Assembly (NCBI GenBank): GCA_965213625.1
Contig: CBDBZU010000004.1
Coordinates: 480,001 to 544,000 of the forward strand
Length of the DNA: 64,000 nt
From: a bacterium
GTDB lineage: Bacteria; UBA8248
Reading direction: 5' to 3'
Under the pieces are notes generated by a model, which saw only the letters and a program-made list of their open reading frames with translations, did no database searches and had not been told where the DNA came from. Each line of letters begins with the position of its first letter. Within the stretch, counting starts at the first letter, position 1. A program made the translations under genes and the position numbers. Positions 20,875 through 30,505 of this stretch are shown here, piece by piece.

Positions 20875-21497
20875 ATGGCGGGGTTCTGAGCAAAGGACCC
20901 ATGACATACCGATCGGGCGGGACGTTGATCATCGCGTTTGCTCCGGTGATCACAGTCATGATCCGCAGGGCCGAATCCGCAATTGTACTGGCTTCAGACC
21001 ATCGGCTGAAAAGCGTGAGAGTAAGTCGATCTCTGACTAATCACTAACTAAGATGCTCGTATACCAACATGGCGTTGGCGCTCGGCAAAAATCTCACCAT
21101 GATCGGAACCCTCTTGTGTGATACGCAGGCACAAAACGCCACCGAGTATGCCAGCGTCGCTCGCGAAAGTATCCGCCGCCCGCATCGGAGACAGCATCAA
21201 CAACGACCTGAATGCGGTATAGTTCTCGGTTTCAATGAGCTTTCACTCCTACCGGATGAATTAGGTTTCTCATTTGATCTGATGCGAGAGTGATTGGTCT
21301 CTAATTTTTTTTCGGGGCACCCATCGAACAACGTTGCGGGCAGTTCTTTACTGCATTACATTGAGACCATGGAAAGTCCCCAAGGACGCATGAAGCTTGC
21401 AAGACTGACAGTCAACTTGGACCGCCCACTTAGGACCAACGCTTATTTTGCCGACGAACGAACGAAATCCACTTGAGTCTGGCGGAAGGATGGCGCG

Positions 21498-23690
21498 ATG
21501 AGCATCGAACGACGCTTCGATGTTTCCCTGATAGCCGGAATGGCGCTTAAAGAGAAACAGATACAGCAGAACTATCGCCCCATTATAGGCGTTCACAAGT
21601 GGTTCGCTCGTCGCCCGGGAACCCTGTTTCGCGGCTTGATTCTGGCGGAATTCGGAAACGCCCGCTTGGATGAACTCTTTTTTCAATCGAATGATTTTCC
21701 CGGACTCCGTATCGCCGACCCTTTCATGGGTGGCGGGACGCCGCTGATCGAGGCGAACCGGGTAGGATGTGACGTGGAAGGCTTCGACATTAACCCAATG
21801 TCGGCTTGGATAGTCCGCGAAGAGATCGAGCAACTTGATTTACCAACATACGAACGCGCCGCCAATGCTCTCATTGCCGCGCTCCGCAACGAGATCGACG
21901 GTTATTACCGAACATCCTGCCCACGATATGGTGATTGCGACGTCCCCGTAAAATCCTTTCTGTGGGTCAAGATGCTCGATTGCGAAGACTGCGGTAGGCC
22001 ATTCGATCTGTTTCCGGGCTATCTTCTCGCCGAGAACCGGCGGCATCCCAAAAACATTCTAATCTGTCCGGCGTGCGGCGACCTAAACGAAGTTGAGGAC
22101 CGCAAGAGCCCCCGAACCTGTATCGCCTGCGGAACCGCGCTCCACCAGAATGGGCCCGCTCGTCGAGGACGTTGCGATTGCCCGTATTGCGGACATACCA
22201 ACGCCTACCCGGGAAAAACACGACAACCACTCGCCCACCGCTTGTTCGCAATCGAATACTACAACCAGCAACGAAAGGCGGAGCACAAAGGCCGTTTTTT
22301 CAAGAAACCCGATGAGAAGGACCTTGCCTGCATGGCCGATGCTGCAAGACGTTGGGATCAGCTCGTGCCCCGCTTCGTACCGGACCAGCATATCCCGACG
22401 GGTGATGAAACAACTCGGTTACATCGATGGGGTTACAACCGCTACCGGGACATGTTCAATCCGCGCCAGCTCCTCGGTTTGGAATTGAGTTGTCGACTGA
22501 TTGCCGAAATAGAAGACCAACGCATTCGCTATGCACTCGCGACCAATCTCTCCGACTTACTGCGCTACCAAAATATGCTCTGTCGGTACGACACCATGGC
22601 CCTCAAGTCTCTCGACATTTTCTCTATTCACGGCTTCCCCGTCGGACTGGTGCAATGCGAGTCCAACCTGCTGGGCATCGCCAACGGTGCCGGGTCGAAT
22701 GTCGGCTCCGGTGGTTGGTCCAACATCGTCGGCAAGTACGTCAAAGCCAAACGCTATTGCGAGGCGCCCTATGAGGTCCGCCACGAGGGCTCGCGCAAGG
22801 TACGGGTTTCAATTAAGGGCGAACGAATCGGCGAGAGACTCAACGGAACCTGCCGTGAAATCGCTATCCATTGCAAGAGTGCGACCGAGACTGCACTTGA
22901 GCTCGCCAGCCTTGATGCCGTGTTCACGGATCCGCCCTACTTCGGCAACGTGCAGTATGGCGAGCTGATGGATTTCTGCTATGCCTGGTTGCGTCGCCTC
23001 GTCGGGAGCGATGCGGAAGGTTTTGACCGTCCGTCGACGCGGTCGCGAAACGAATTAACGGGTAATGTCACCCAAGAACGCGGCTTGGAGCATTTTACCG
23101 AAGGGCTGTCCGAGGTCTATTCGCGCATGGCCAATGCCCTGAAGCCCGGCGCCCCACTGGTGTTCACCTTCCATCACAACAAGCTAGACGCCTATTGCGC
23201 TGTCGGCGTAGCGATCCTGGACGCTGGCCTCGTCTGTTCTGCATCGCTGCCATGCCCCGCAGAAATGAGCGGGTCGATCCACATTCACGGCACGGCGTCG
23301 TCTATCATCGACACAGTTTTCGTGTGCCGGGATCAAGGCTGGACACCGCGGCAGTGGCTGTTTGAGTCGGTCGATGAGCTTGTTGTTATCGTCGCTGACG
23401 ATCTTGCCCAACTCTCGCAAGGCGGTCGCAAACCGACGAACGGTGACACAAGGTGTATTATTTTAGGCCATCTCACCAGAATGGCAATCTGGAACCTTAG
23501 AAAAGATTGGAATTGCGGAAAGACCGTCGAGGAAAAATTAGAACTCTTCGCTGAGGCTGTGGCGCAACTTGCCGATTATCAGTTGGTAGTTGAACGGCTT
23601 GAATCGCGCACAGCGTTGCCTGCAGAGGACGGGCCTCTTTTCGCAGACGCAGAATTGGTACAAAGGAACTGTGATGCCGTCACGTTTTAA
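21498..23690 (+). CDS. DUF1156-like amino-DNA methyltransferase with zinc ribbons
   Basis: HKWFARRP, DPFMGGGT (motif I) and FTDPPY (motif IV). Several CxxC pairs. Confidence 0.88.
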   Translation: MSIERRFDVSLIAGMALKEKQIQQNYRPIIGVHKWFARRPGTLFRGLILAEFGNARLDELFFQSNDFPGLRIADPFMGGGTPLIEANRVGCDVEGFDINPMSAWIVREEIEQLDLPTYERAANALIAALRNEIDGYYRTSCPRYGDCDVPVKSFLWVKMLDCEDCGRPFDLFPGYLLAENRRHPKNILICPACGDLNEVEDRKSPRTCIACGTALHQNGPARRGRCDCPYCGHTNAYPGKTRQPLAHRLFAIEYYNQQRKAEHKGRFFKKPDEKDLACMADAARRWDQLVPRFVPDQHIPTGDETTRLHRWGYNRYRDMFNPRQLLGLELSCRLIAEIEDQRIRYALATNLSDLLRYQNMLCRYDTMALKSLDIFSIHGFPVGLVQCESNLLGIANGAGSNVGSGGWSNIVGKYVKAKRYCEAPYEVRHEGSRKVRVSIKGERIGERLNGTCREIAIHCKSATETALELASLDAVFTDPPYFGNVQYGELMDFCYAWLRRLVGSDAEGFDRPSTRSRNELTGNVTQERGLEHFTEGLSEVYSRMANALKPGAPLVFTFHHNKLDAYCAVGVAILDAGLVCSASLPCPAEMSGSIHIHGTASSIIDTVFVCRDQGWTPRQWLFESVDELVVIVADDLAQLSQGGRKPTNGDTRCIILGHLTRMAIWNLRKDWNCGKTVEEKLELFAEAVAQLADYQLVVERLESRTALPAEDGPLFADAELVQRNCDAVTF

Positions 23691-24693
23691 TGCTGACTAC
23701 AGCGATCCGGGTATTGACTGGGAGCCGCTTGTTAATGAAGTATTCAACGAGTTGACGTCCAGTTTTCTCGAGATGCCGAAAGGCGAGGGCTTCATCGAGT
23801 ATTCGATATTCGAGAAAGGTTACCAAGCCCTTAAACGCCATACTAACGCCTTTGCAGATACGACTGCCGGGAATGTTCTCGCCGCCGTGAGGGAGATACC
23901 AATCTCCTTTGTTGTGTTTCGCTGCATTCTTGGTTTTTCGCCACCGGAATGGGCCTATGTGACGACTGATAGGACGAAGGTTGAGATTGAGCAAAATGCT
24001 GCGCGGGCTATTGATCGGAGAATTCGGGTCAAACCGCTTGAACCGTTGAATGAAGGTAGCAGCATCACGAGCCAGCGTATCCACGCCATGATCAATGCGG
24101 GCGTAGCTCTTGTGCGGGAGGGTGCAAACAGCATGCCAGCCGGCATCTTGCACCGGCTTGATAAAGCCGATACCGTCAACGGGATCAATAGCATGCAATC
24201 TCTGGCTAATCTAGGCGCGCCTTATCCAGTTCTATTGTATGAGCGGTTTCTAGGCCGACCCTACGCGACCCACCGCGATTCCGTAAGTGAACTGGTTGGC
24301 GAAGTCGTTGAAACGGCAATCAAGAACATTTTAACAGATGCCAAGGTAAGCATACGTGAGACTAAGCGCGCTGAGCGTATTCCAGGGTTCGACCAAGCCC
24401 CGGACTTCATAATTCCAGATGAATTTACCCCAGTTGCGGTCATCGAGGCGAAACTGACGGAAGATGACGGCACAGCACGAGACAAAGTTTCCCGCGTTCA
24501 ACGTCTGCGGACTTTGCGGGACGAGATAAGAGGGGATTACGACGTAATCGCTTGCATTGCTGGGCGTGGCTTCAAGGTCAGGCGTGAAGATATGAGACGA
24601 TTATTACAGGCGACGGATGGCAAAGTGTTTACTCTCGCGACTTTGCACTTACTCATAGATAACACACGGATCCGAGAGTATCGCGTTAGGTGA
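23674..24693 (+). CDS. PD-(D/E)XK restriction endonuclease-like protein
   Basis: APDFIIP...VIEAKLTEDDGTARDK. Overlaps the MTase 3' end. Confidence 0.75.
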   Translation: MPSRFNADYSDPGIDWEPLVNEVFNELTSSFLEMPKGEGFIEYSIFEKGYQALKRHTNAFADTTAGNVLAAVREIPISFVVFRCILGFSPPEWAYVTTDRTKVEIEQNAARAIDRRIRVKPLEPLNEGSSITSQRIHAMINAGVALVREGANSMPAGILHRLDKADTVNGINSMQSLANLGAPYPVLLYERFLGRPYATHRDSVSELVGEVVETAIKNILTDAKVSIRETKRAERIPGFDQAPDFIIPDEFTPVAVIEAKLTEDDGTARDKVSRVQRLRTLRDEIRGDYDVIACIAGRGFKVRREDMRRLLQATDGKVFTLATLHLLIDNTRIREYRVR

Positions 24694-24909
24694 CAAAACG
24701 AAATATTGGATTTGTACCGTATCGTGTTCTTGCACGATGATGGCGTCGCTAGGATTAGACGCGTAATGCAGAGTTATTACGTTTTCATTTGCCCAACGAA
24801 TCGGACGGAACTTGCTTAGTGATCATACAAAATAGATTGAATTCAGCCTCTAAAAGAGGGTAGTGGAATCTTTTTCCTTGCATGCGTCCACTGCACCCCA
24901 TAACCATCT

Positions 24910-26583
24910 CTAACTTGGCGTCAGGCTCCAGACTTGCACAGCAATTTGCGACAGTTCTTGTTGTCGATTCTCAATAGCTTCAGTATCCCAAAATGGTATA
25001 TTCATAATCGATCGTGTGATTTCAATCCGGGATTGTTGGTAAACAGTCTTCTTGTCCTCGAAAGGATCATTATCTGCAATGACGTTTAAATTACTATCCA
25101 TGATCGTCAGATTGCCCAATCTCTTATAGTAATTGGCGGCATCCTCATCTGATATATGTCGCCAGTTTTCACATGGAGTTTGTGGCAAAATGTGCTCCAG
25201 ATTTACATCATCATGATGTTGATTGACACGTAACTCTTGGTTGCTACTCACGAAAGATTCGATAGTCCGCAAGTAATATCGAGCTAGGTAGTTCCTTGAA
25301 ACAGTTGCACGCGAAAATGCTTCCCCGAAACGTTGGTCACTTGGCAGTGACGCGCGGTTGAAGTCCAATAGTTGTTGAGCAGAAGTGATTTCTCCTACAG
25401 TAATGTTTTTCGCTGATGTGGAGAAAAGAGCCTCTAGTGTCCCACTACCACCAGAACCGCATATAAGAAAACGAACGGTCCATGAAACTAACATGGGCAG
25501 AGATTGCTGTATTTCAGCATCGTCAAACTCTCTAAGTATAGCGAGAATAAGGGGGCGGTTTTGAACAACACGAAGCTCCCTAAATGACGATATCGCGTCT
25601 TGTACTCTTGCACCAAGATCACGCCATCTTGAATTTGAGGAGTCATACAGAGCGACGTAGTCGGCAGCCGATTGATTTAAATGGACTGCTAAATTTACTG
25701 CTTGTTGTGTTCCTGAAACACGCTCCTTTATTCTGTCGTATAATTCGCGTTCTCTTGTTGTTCCGTACGTCGACGACCACACCTGACGAATAAAGGTCTT
25801 AATTGCTTGCTCGCGATCAACGCTTTCGATCCGACTCCTCATGCTGGTCCACGCGTCTTGAACTTCAGAGAGTCTCCGGTCGGACATTCTAAACAAGTAG
25901 TTCTTCAACAAATCAGTGATGGACAACTCAATGCCGCGATCATTAAGAACTTCGAATATGGTGTAAGCATTTGCTTCGCTGTTTACGCTAACAACAATGA
26001 CTTTGACATTGCTCTCAATGTAATCAAGCCAATCATTTAATACGTCAATCGGTTCGTGAGATGGTCCGACAATGGTTTGAACAAACTGTTGGGCGATCAA
26101 TTTTGCTTCTTGTATCCTTTTATGTGCCTCGGTGGAAAATTCGAGGTTGGTATCGTCCACAATCAATGCTTGAAAGAAGGGGTTGTCGCTTTGATTAAGC
26201 ACTAGATTGGGTTGAGACTCCAAGGAACGCCGATCCAGTTGTGCTATAAATTTGGACTGAACTATCTCTGCGCGTTGCGAGTCCCCTTTGTGCCTAAAAT
26301 AATTTCTTATTTCGGCGAGAAAGATCGTTGTCGATGCTAGGCGCTGTTGGCCGTCGATAACGTGGAATCTTTGATTGTTCCCAGGAGTTAGAACGATCGT
26401 GCCTAGAAAGTACTCGGGAGCATTTGCTCGTATGGCATCGCCAATGTCTCTTAGAAGGTCCGTGACTTGATCTTTTTCCCATGCAAAGGAGCGTTGATAA
26501 GGGGGAGTTTCGATCTTTTTGTCAGATATCAAATGGCCTATGCCATCTAAGTTGGTAAAAATGCGGTCGATCTCTTCGGGCAT
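24910..26583 (-). CDS. DUF262 + DUF1524 (GmrSD-like) nuclease
   Basis: PPYQRSFAW, IDGQQRL, IFEVLNDRG, NLEHILPQ and RLGNLTIM. Confidence 0.9.
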   Translation of the reverse strand: MPEEIDRIFTNLDGIGHLISDKKIETPPYQRSFAWEKDQVTDLLRDIGDAIRANAPEYFLGTIVLTPGNNQRFHVIDGQQRLASTTIFLAEIRNYFRHKGDSQRAEIVQSKFIAQLDRRSLESQPNLVLNQSDNPFFQALIVDDTNLEFSTEAHKRIQEAKLIAQQFVQTIVGPSHEPIDVLNDWLDYIESNVKVIVVSVNSEANAYTIFEVLNDRGIELSITDLLKNYLFRMSDRRLSEVQDAWTSMRSRIESVDREQAIKTFIRQVWSSTYGTTRERELYDRIKERVSGTQQAVNLAVHLNQSAADYVALYDSSNSRWRDLGARVQDAISSFRELRVVQNRPLILAILREFDDAEIQQSLPMLVSWTVRFLICGSGGSGTLEALFSTSAKNITVGEITSAQQLLDFNRASLPSDQRFGEAFSRATVSRNYLARYYLRTIESFVSSNQELRVNQHHDDVNLEHILPQTPCENWRHISDEDAANYYKRLGNLTIMDSNLNVIADNDPFEDKKTVYQQSRIEITRSIMNIPFWDTEAIENRQQELSQIAVQVWSLTPS

Positions 26584-26739
26584 CGCAAATCCCTTTTGTC
26601 GAGTAATGAGACTTTGGATCTAACGTCGGCTTAGAAACACGAACGTCATGCCAAGAGTTTGCACGTAAGTCAAAGGGATTTGTGGATGCCATCACGGTTT
26701 AGATGCCGAGCAGGAGCCTTCTGGGGAAATGCGCTCATA

Positions 26740-29700
26740 TCACGAGGCTAGGGTAATTGAAATCGCGCGAGCACCTCGGCGGTTGAAAGCGAGCGAGCAT
26801 TTTGCTCGTGTTCTAGTAGACAACTTATCCCATTCGATAGGGTCACTGTCAGCGCGGGATGCAAAGATAATTTTTGGAAATGGGTACAATTTTAGAAATG
26901 CATAGCCCTCTTCTTTGCGTTCAACGCGACAATCATACATGATTGTGATGCCATCTCTTTCAGCAATGGCAGCTGCCTGTGTTCTGAATCGGCCCGGTGC
27001 TTTGTCATGAAGAGCTGTAAACAACTCGCCCGCTTTGTCATACTGGCCTTGAAGAAATAACTCACGAGCATACCAGAATTGGGCTTCGAAATTGTTGTCA
27101 CCTTTGGTGAAACCCCGTCTTAGATGATCAATTGCCGCGTCGTTTTCGTCAGACTTGATGAGGACACGGCCCATTTCAAGATGTGCGCGCTTACTGGCAG
27201 GATTGTCTTGCAGGCAAGCTTTCAAGACACACTTGCTACTCTCTAGGTCTTCTGACGCTTGATAAATGCGCGCCAGCCGAACGGCGAGCCAGTCCTGTCT
27301 TGGATTCAGATTGAAAGCGCGCTCAAGGGTCTTTTGAGCTCGATCAGTCTGAGCTATACATTCTCTAAAGGTTGCCTCTGTGGCCAACAATTGAGAGCTT
27401 TCTGGGAAGATTTGAAGGCCGCGTTGGATCACAGTTTCAGTTTCTTTAGCAGCTTCGACGAAGTCGTTAGGAGGTTTTGTATTGTCAGACACATTAAGTG
27501 AGTTTGACAGCTCCTTGAATTCATCAATAGCGAGGCGAGCGCGCGTATATAGGTCGTACTCGCTGGGCTGGCGAATATTTCCACCGAGTTTTTCACGAGT
27601 GAACCGTCTTAAGCTTCGCTTCCTTAGTGGGTCATCCGTATCATTGGCCATTCGGCGTGCAATTTCTGCTTGGGTATGTTGAATACTACGACTAGTTGAG
27701 TTTAGCTTAAATGCGTGTGTGGCCGCTTCTTCAGCTTGCACAAGCGATCCGCCACGATGCTGTATCTCAAAAACGGCTCTTTGATGCCAAACGAAAGAGT
27801 CGTTCGGCATTGTTTCTTGCGCACGGTCATAGAACAGTCGCCCGAGTTCGATGCTCGGAAACATGTCGGCAATGCCCCTTCCTTTAATCAAACGAGAGAA
27901 AGTCTCAAGGTCTGACGAGTAATCAATGTTCATGGCTTCGATTAGTCTCGCGAGAAGATCAAACTTGTCTTCTGGGCTGGGCAACATCTGGTTGAAGACT
28001 ATCTCGGCGACATGTTGATGGCGACTACGGTAGTAAACGTCACGTCTATGGTTGTCTTTGACGACATGCACGACATTTTCTAAGGGCTGGATCAATTCTG
28101 CTTGAAATTGCTCAAACCTAACCCCAGCGGCACGTGAAATGAGTCCAGCTCGTACGGGTGCATCGAATTGATGGAGGGCGCAAATATCAAGATATAGGTT
28201 ACGGGCAGCCGCTGGTTCAATGCGTCGGAATTCGTCAACGACAATTTCCTCGAAAGGAACTCCTAGAGTCGCTTCATGGAGAGCGACTAATAGCTGGCGT
28301 TCTGCCCTTTCGATGAATTTCCTGGTCCGATCCTCTGGGGAGAGATTTTTAAGTAGACCGAGAGCATCGTGCTGTTCTAATAGGTTGAGAAGTGTTTGAA
28401 TCTCCCGTTCGCTTAGATAACGGACAGGAAACTCTTGGTGTAAAAATCGTTCGAGATGCTCACAATAGATGTTCCACTCATTGTCTCTCTCGGCACCAAC
28501 AATGGTGAGCGGGATGGACTGAGATCGTGAGATGTTAAGTAACTTTCGCAGTTCATCTCGGACGAGTGCAACACGATCGACAAATAGAAATATACGTTTG
28601 CCCGTTAGATGATGAATTTCAGCAAGTGGTTCTATGCGCAAGCCAGCCGGAATTTCATTGAATAGGACAAGGTTATCGTAAGTAACACCTGCTTCCCAGG
28701 CGATGCGTTTGAGCGAGACACTCTTGCCATTGCCCCCTGGCCCTTTCAACATAAAAAATTCAGTTGTATCGCGTTCCTCTTCGGATAGAAGAACAGCGTC
28801 AACTAATACCGAGTCAGAAAACGAACGGTGGGCATCCAGATTTTGAAGTATGCAGCCCCAGCCATTGTCGTATCCATGGTAGAACTCACTAGGATTTTGA
28901 CTAGGAGCTGTCAGTCCTGAGTGAACATGCGTGGTATCGGTGTCGAGAAAACTTTTTAGAGACAATGATTCTGAAGGTTGCGCGATGCGGTAGTGTTTAC
29001 GGATAGATAGCTCCCCACCACCAATATTAACAGGAATCGCTCTCGCAAAATCAGGTACTGCTTGGTCAATTGTCCTTAGGAAATCCTCGAAGGTAGTTTC
29101 AACTGCAAACACATGGAGCTTTGCCCAGTATCGCTTTTCAAAGTCGCTAATCTTCGGAGATACATAATAGTAAGGTGGCCTATCGATGTCAGAATCAGTG
29201 AGGTCGAACAATAATTCTTGAATATGTGGATCGGAAATCGAATAGCCCGAAAAAATGATTGGATATTCAAATCCCAGATCACGAAACCGATTGTATAGAC
29301 GAGTTCTTTTCTTCCCGTAACTTGCGTATTGCTCATTGCCGAGGATAAGTGGGATTTCCAAATCCGCATAGGATTCGATACACCCATGTAGCTTATAGAA
29401 ACCGACGGGATTTGTTTCCTTATTAAGCCTTGAGTCAAAGTTGTCACCATCTTTTACTGTTTTGACTAGGGTTTGCTGCGATGCTGGCACGCTTGTGTAG
29501 GCTCTTTCGATAATGAGATCGAAATTTGTGGTAGCAATGGCGCGCCACTGGAATGTAGGAATCAACAAATGAAAGTCTGCGGGTTCAAATGGCATGAATA
29601 GTTCGGAAATATACCTTTGGAATTCGGTCAGTCCTGCTTCGTTGGCTGCCATAGCTGCTACGGCATTGAGTGGTTTCTCCATCAGTTCATCGTTCAAAAA

Positions 29701-29850
29701 TTTCTCGCAGAGCCGATAACGAAGGTCGTCGCCTTGCGGAATCTGGTCTCCATCGGGATGTTTGGCTTTCAGGCTTGCACCCGCACCAAGAAAAAGCACG
29801 GTACGTTGCTCTCTAACTGCGTCAATCAGGGCTGGAGGAATGTCGACCAC
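26740..29850 (-). CDS. SIR2-like + STAND P-loop NTPase + TPR + C-terminal OB/cold-shock-like protein (Avs/NLR-like defence)
   Basis: LFLGAGAS, TTNFD and KLHG. Walker A GPGGNGKS and Walker B FLFVD. Helical TPR-like repeats. C-terminal EGYAFL...IFASR. Confidence 0.8.
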   Translation of the reverse strand: MVDIPPALIDAVREQRTVLFLGAGASLKAKHPDGDQIPQGDDLRYRLCEKFLNDELMEKPLNAVAAMAANEAGLTEFQRYISELFMPFEPADFHLLIPTFQWRAIATTNFDLIIERAYTSVPASQQTLVKTVKDGDNFDSRLNKETNPVGFYKLHGCIESYADLEIPLILGNEQYASYGKKRTRLYNRFRDLGFEYPIIFSGYSISDPHIQELLFDLTDSDIDRPPYYYVSPKISDFEKRYWAKLHVFAVETTFEDFLRTIDQAVPDFARAIPVNIGGGELSIRKHYRIAQPSESLSLKSFLDTDTTHVHSGLTAPSQNPSEFYHGYDNGWGCILQNLDAHRSFSDSVLVDAVLLSEEERDTTEFFMLKGPGGNGKSVSLKRIAWEAGVTYDNLVLFNEIPAGLRIEPLAEIHHLTGKRIFLFVDRVALVRDELRKLLNISRSQSIPLTIVGAERDNEWNIYCEHLERFLHQEFPVRYLSEREIQTLLNLLEQHDALGLLKNLSPEDRTRKFIERAERQLLVALHEATLGVPFEEIVVDEFRRIEPAAARNLYLDICALHQFDAPVRAGLISRAAGVRFEQFQAELIQPLENVVHVVKDNHRRDVYYRSRHQHVAEIVFNQMLPSPEDKFDLLARLIEAMNIDYSSDLETFSRLIKGRGIADMFPSIELGRLFYDRAQETMPNDSFVWHQRAVFEIQHRGGSLVQAEEAATHAFKLNSTSRSIQHTQAEIARRMANDTDDPLRKRSLRRFTREKLGGNIRQPSEYDLYTRARLAIDEFKELSNSLNVSDNTKPPNDFVEAAKETETVIQRGLQIFPESSQLLATEATFRECIAQTDRAQKTLERAFNLNPRQDWLAVRLARIYQASEDLESSKCVLKACLQDNPASKRAHLEMGRVLIKSDENDAAIDHLRRGFTKGDNNFEAQFWYARELFLQGQYDKAGELFTALHDKAPGRFRTQAAAIAERDGITIMYDCRVERKEEGYAFLKLYPFPKIIFASRADSDPIEWDKLSTRTRAKCSLAFNRRGARAISITLAS

Positions 29851-29908
29851 TTTTTGTCCTTTTTTAAGTAAATCATTAACAGAAGTAGTTCAATTTGTGG
29901 ACCCCTCC

Positions 29909-30113
29909 CTACCTCTTCCACTTCACAAAATCCAGCCACCACGTCTCTCTCACCGCGTTCCCCAGATTAGGCCGCATAGCGGCGCTCCGTGGGGTACCGT
30001 AGGCGGCTTCCTCCCAGGCGTCCGTGGTAGGGATGGTGGGGTCTTCCATGTCTAGATCGCGATGATGCGGCGCGCGCTCGTTTTCGTGTCCTGTATTACC
30101 GTCTCCGTTGTCG
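29909..30113 (-). repeat. Inverted diverged copy of the 3' end (1742-1947) of gene 1243-1947
   Basis: The last 46 codons are 45/46 aa identical (15 nt differences in 141). A 1-bp deletion lies near 30053. Homology stops at the TAG. Confidence 0.92.
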
Positions 30114-30505
30114 TCCTTTAGCCATTCTCCACGATATTGGCACATGTTCTCTATAATGAACACAGAAAGGCTCTAGGACCGAGGGGTTGTCTTCATTCAG
30201 TGTCTCATAATTCCTTTCTTCATTCGCCACAGACGCGAATCGAGCACTTGCATGGTGTCCTATCCGGTGATTCCTGATCCGACGTTGGATAGCCGGACTC
30301 TAGAGTAGCGCTGCACGATGGCCCTACAGAAATAGGCGATACCAATTTGCCACAGTGTGATGTTGCCGGGAGGGAGGGAGTCCATCCCATCGCTTGTAAC
30401 CATTCGGTCGTATGGTGATGGTGTCCGCGTAGCTCATCACGGACATTCGAAGAGATTCCCCTGATGCTCTGGTAACATCTTTCGGCATGTGGCAAACAAG
30501 TCGGC

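Noticed and set aside
26617-26706. Possible integron attC (ATCTAAAC...GTTAGAT on the minus strand)
   Set aside because: The R'' box is imperfect, the inner arms do not pair, and no integron integrase is present.
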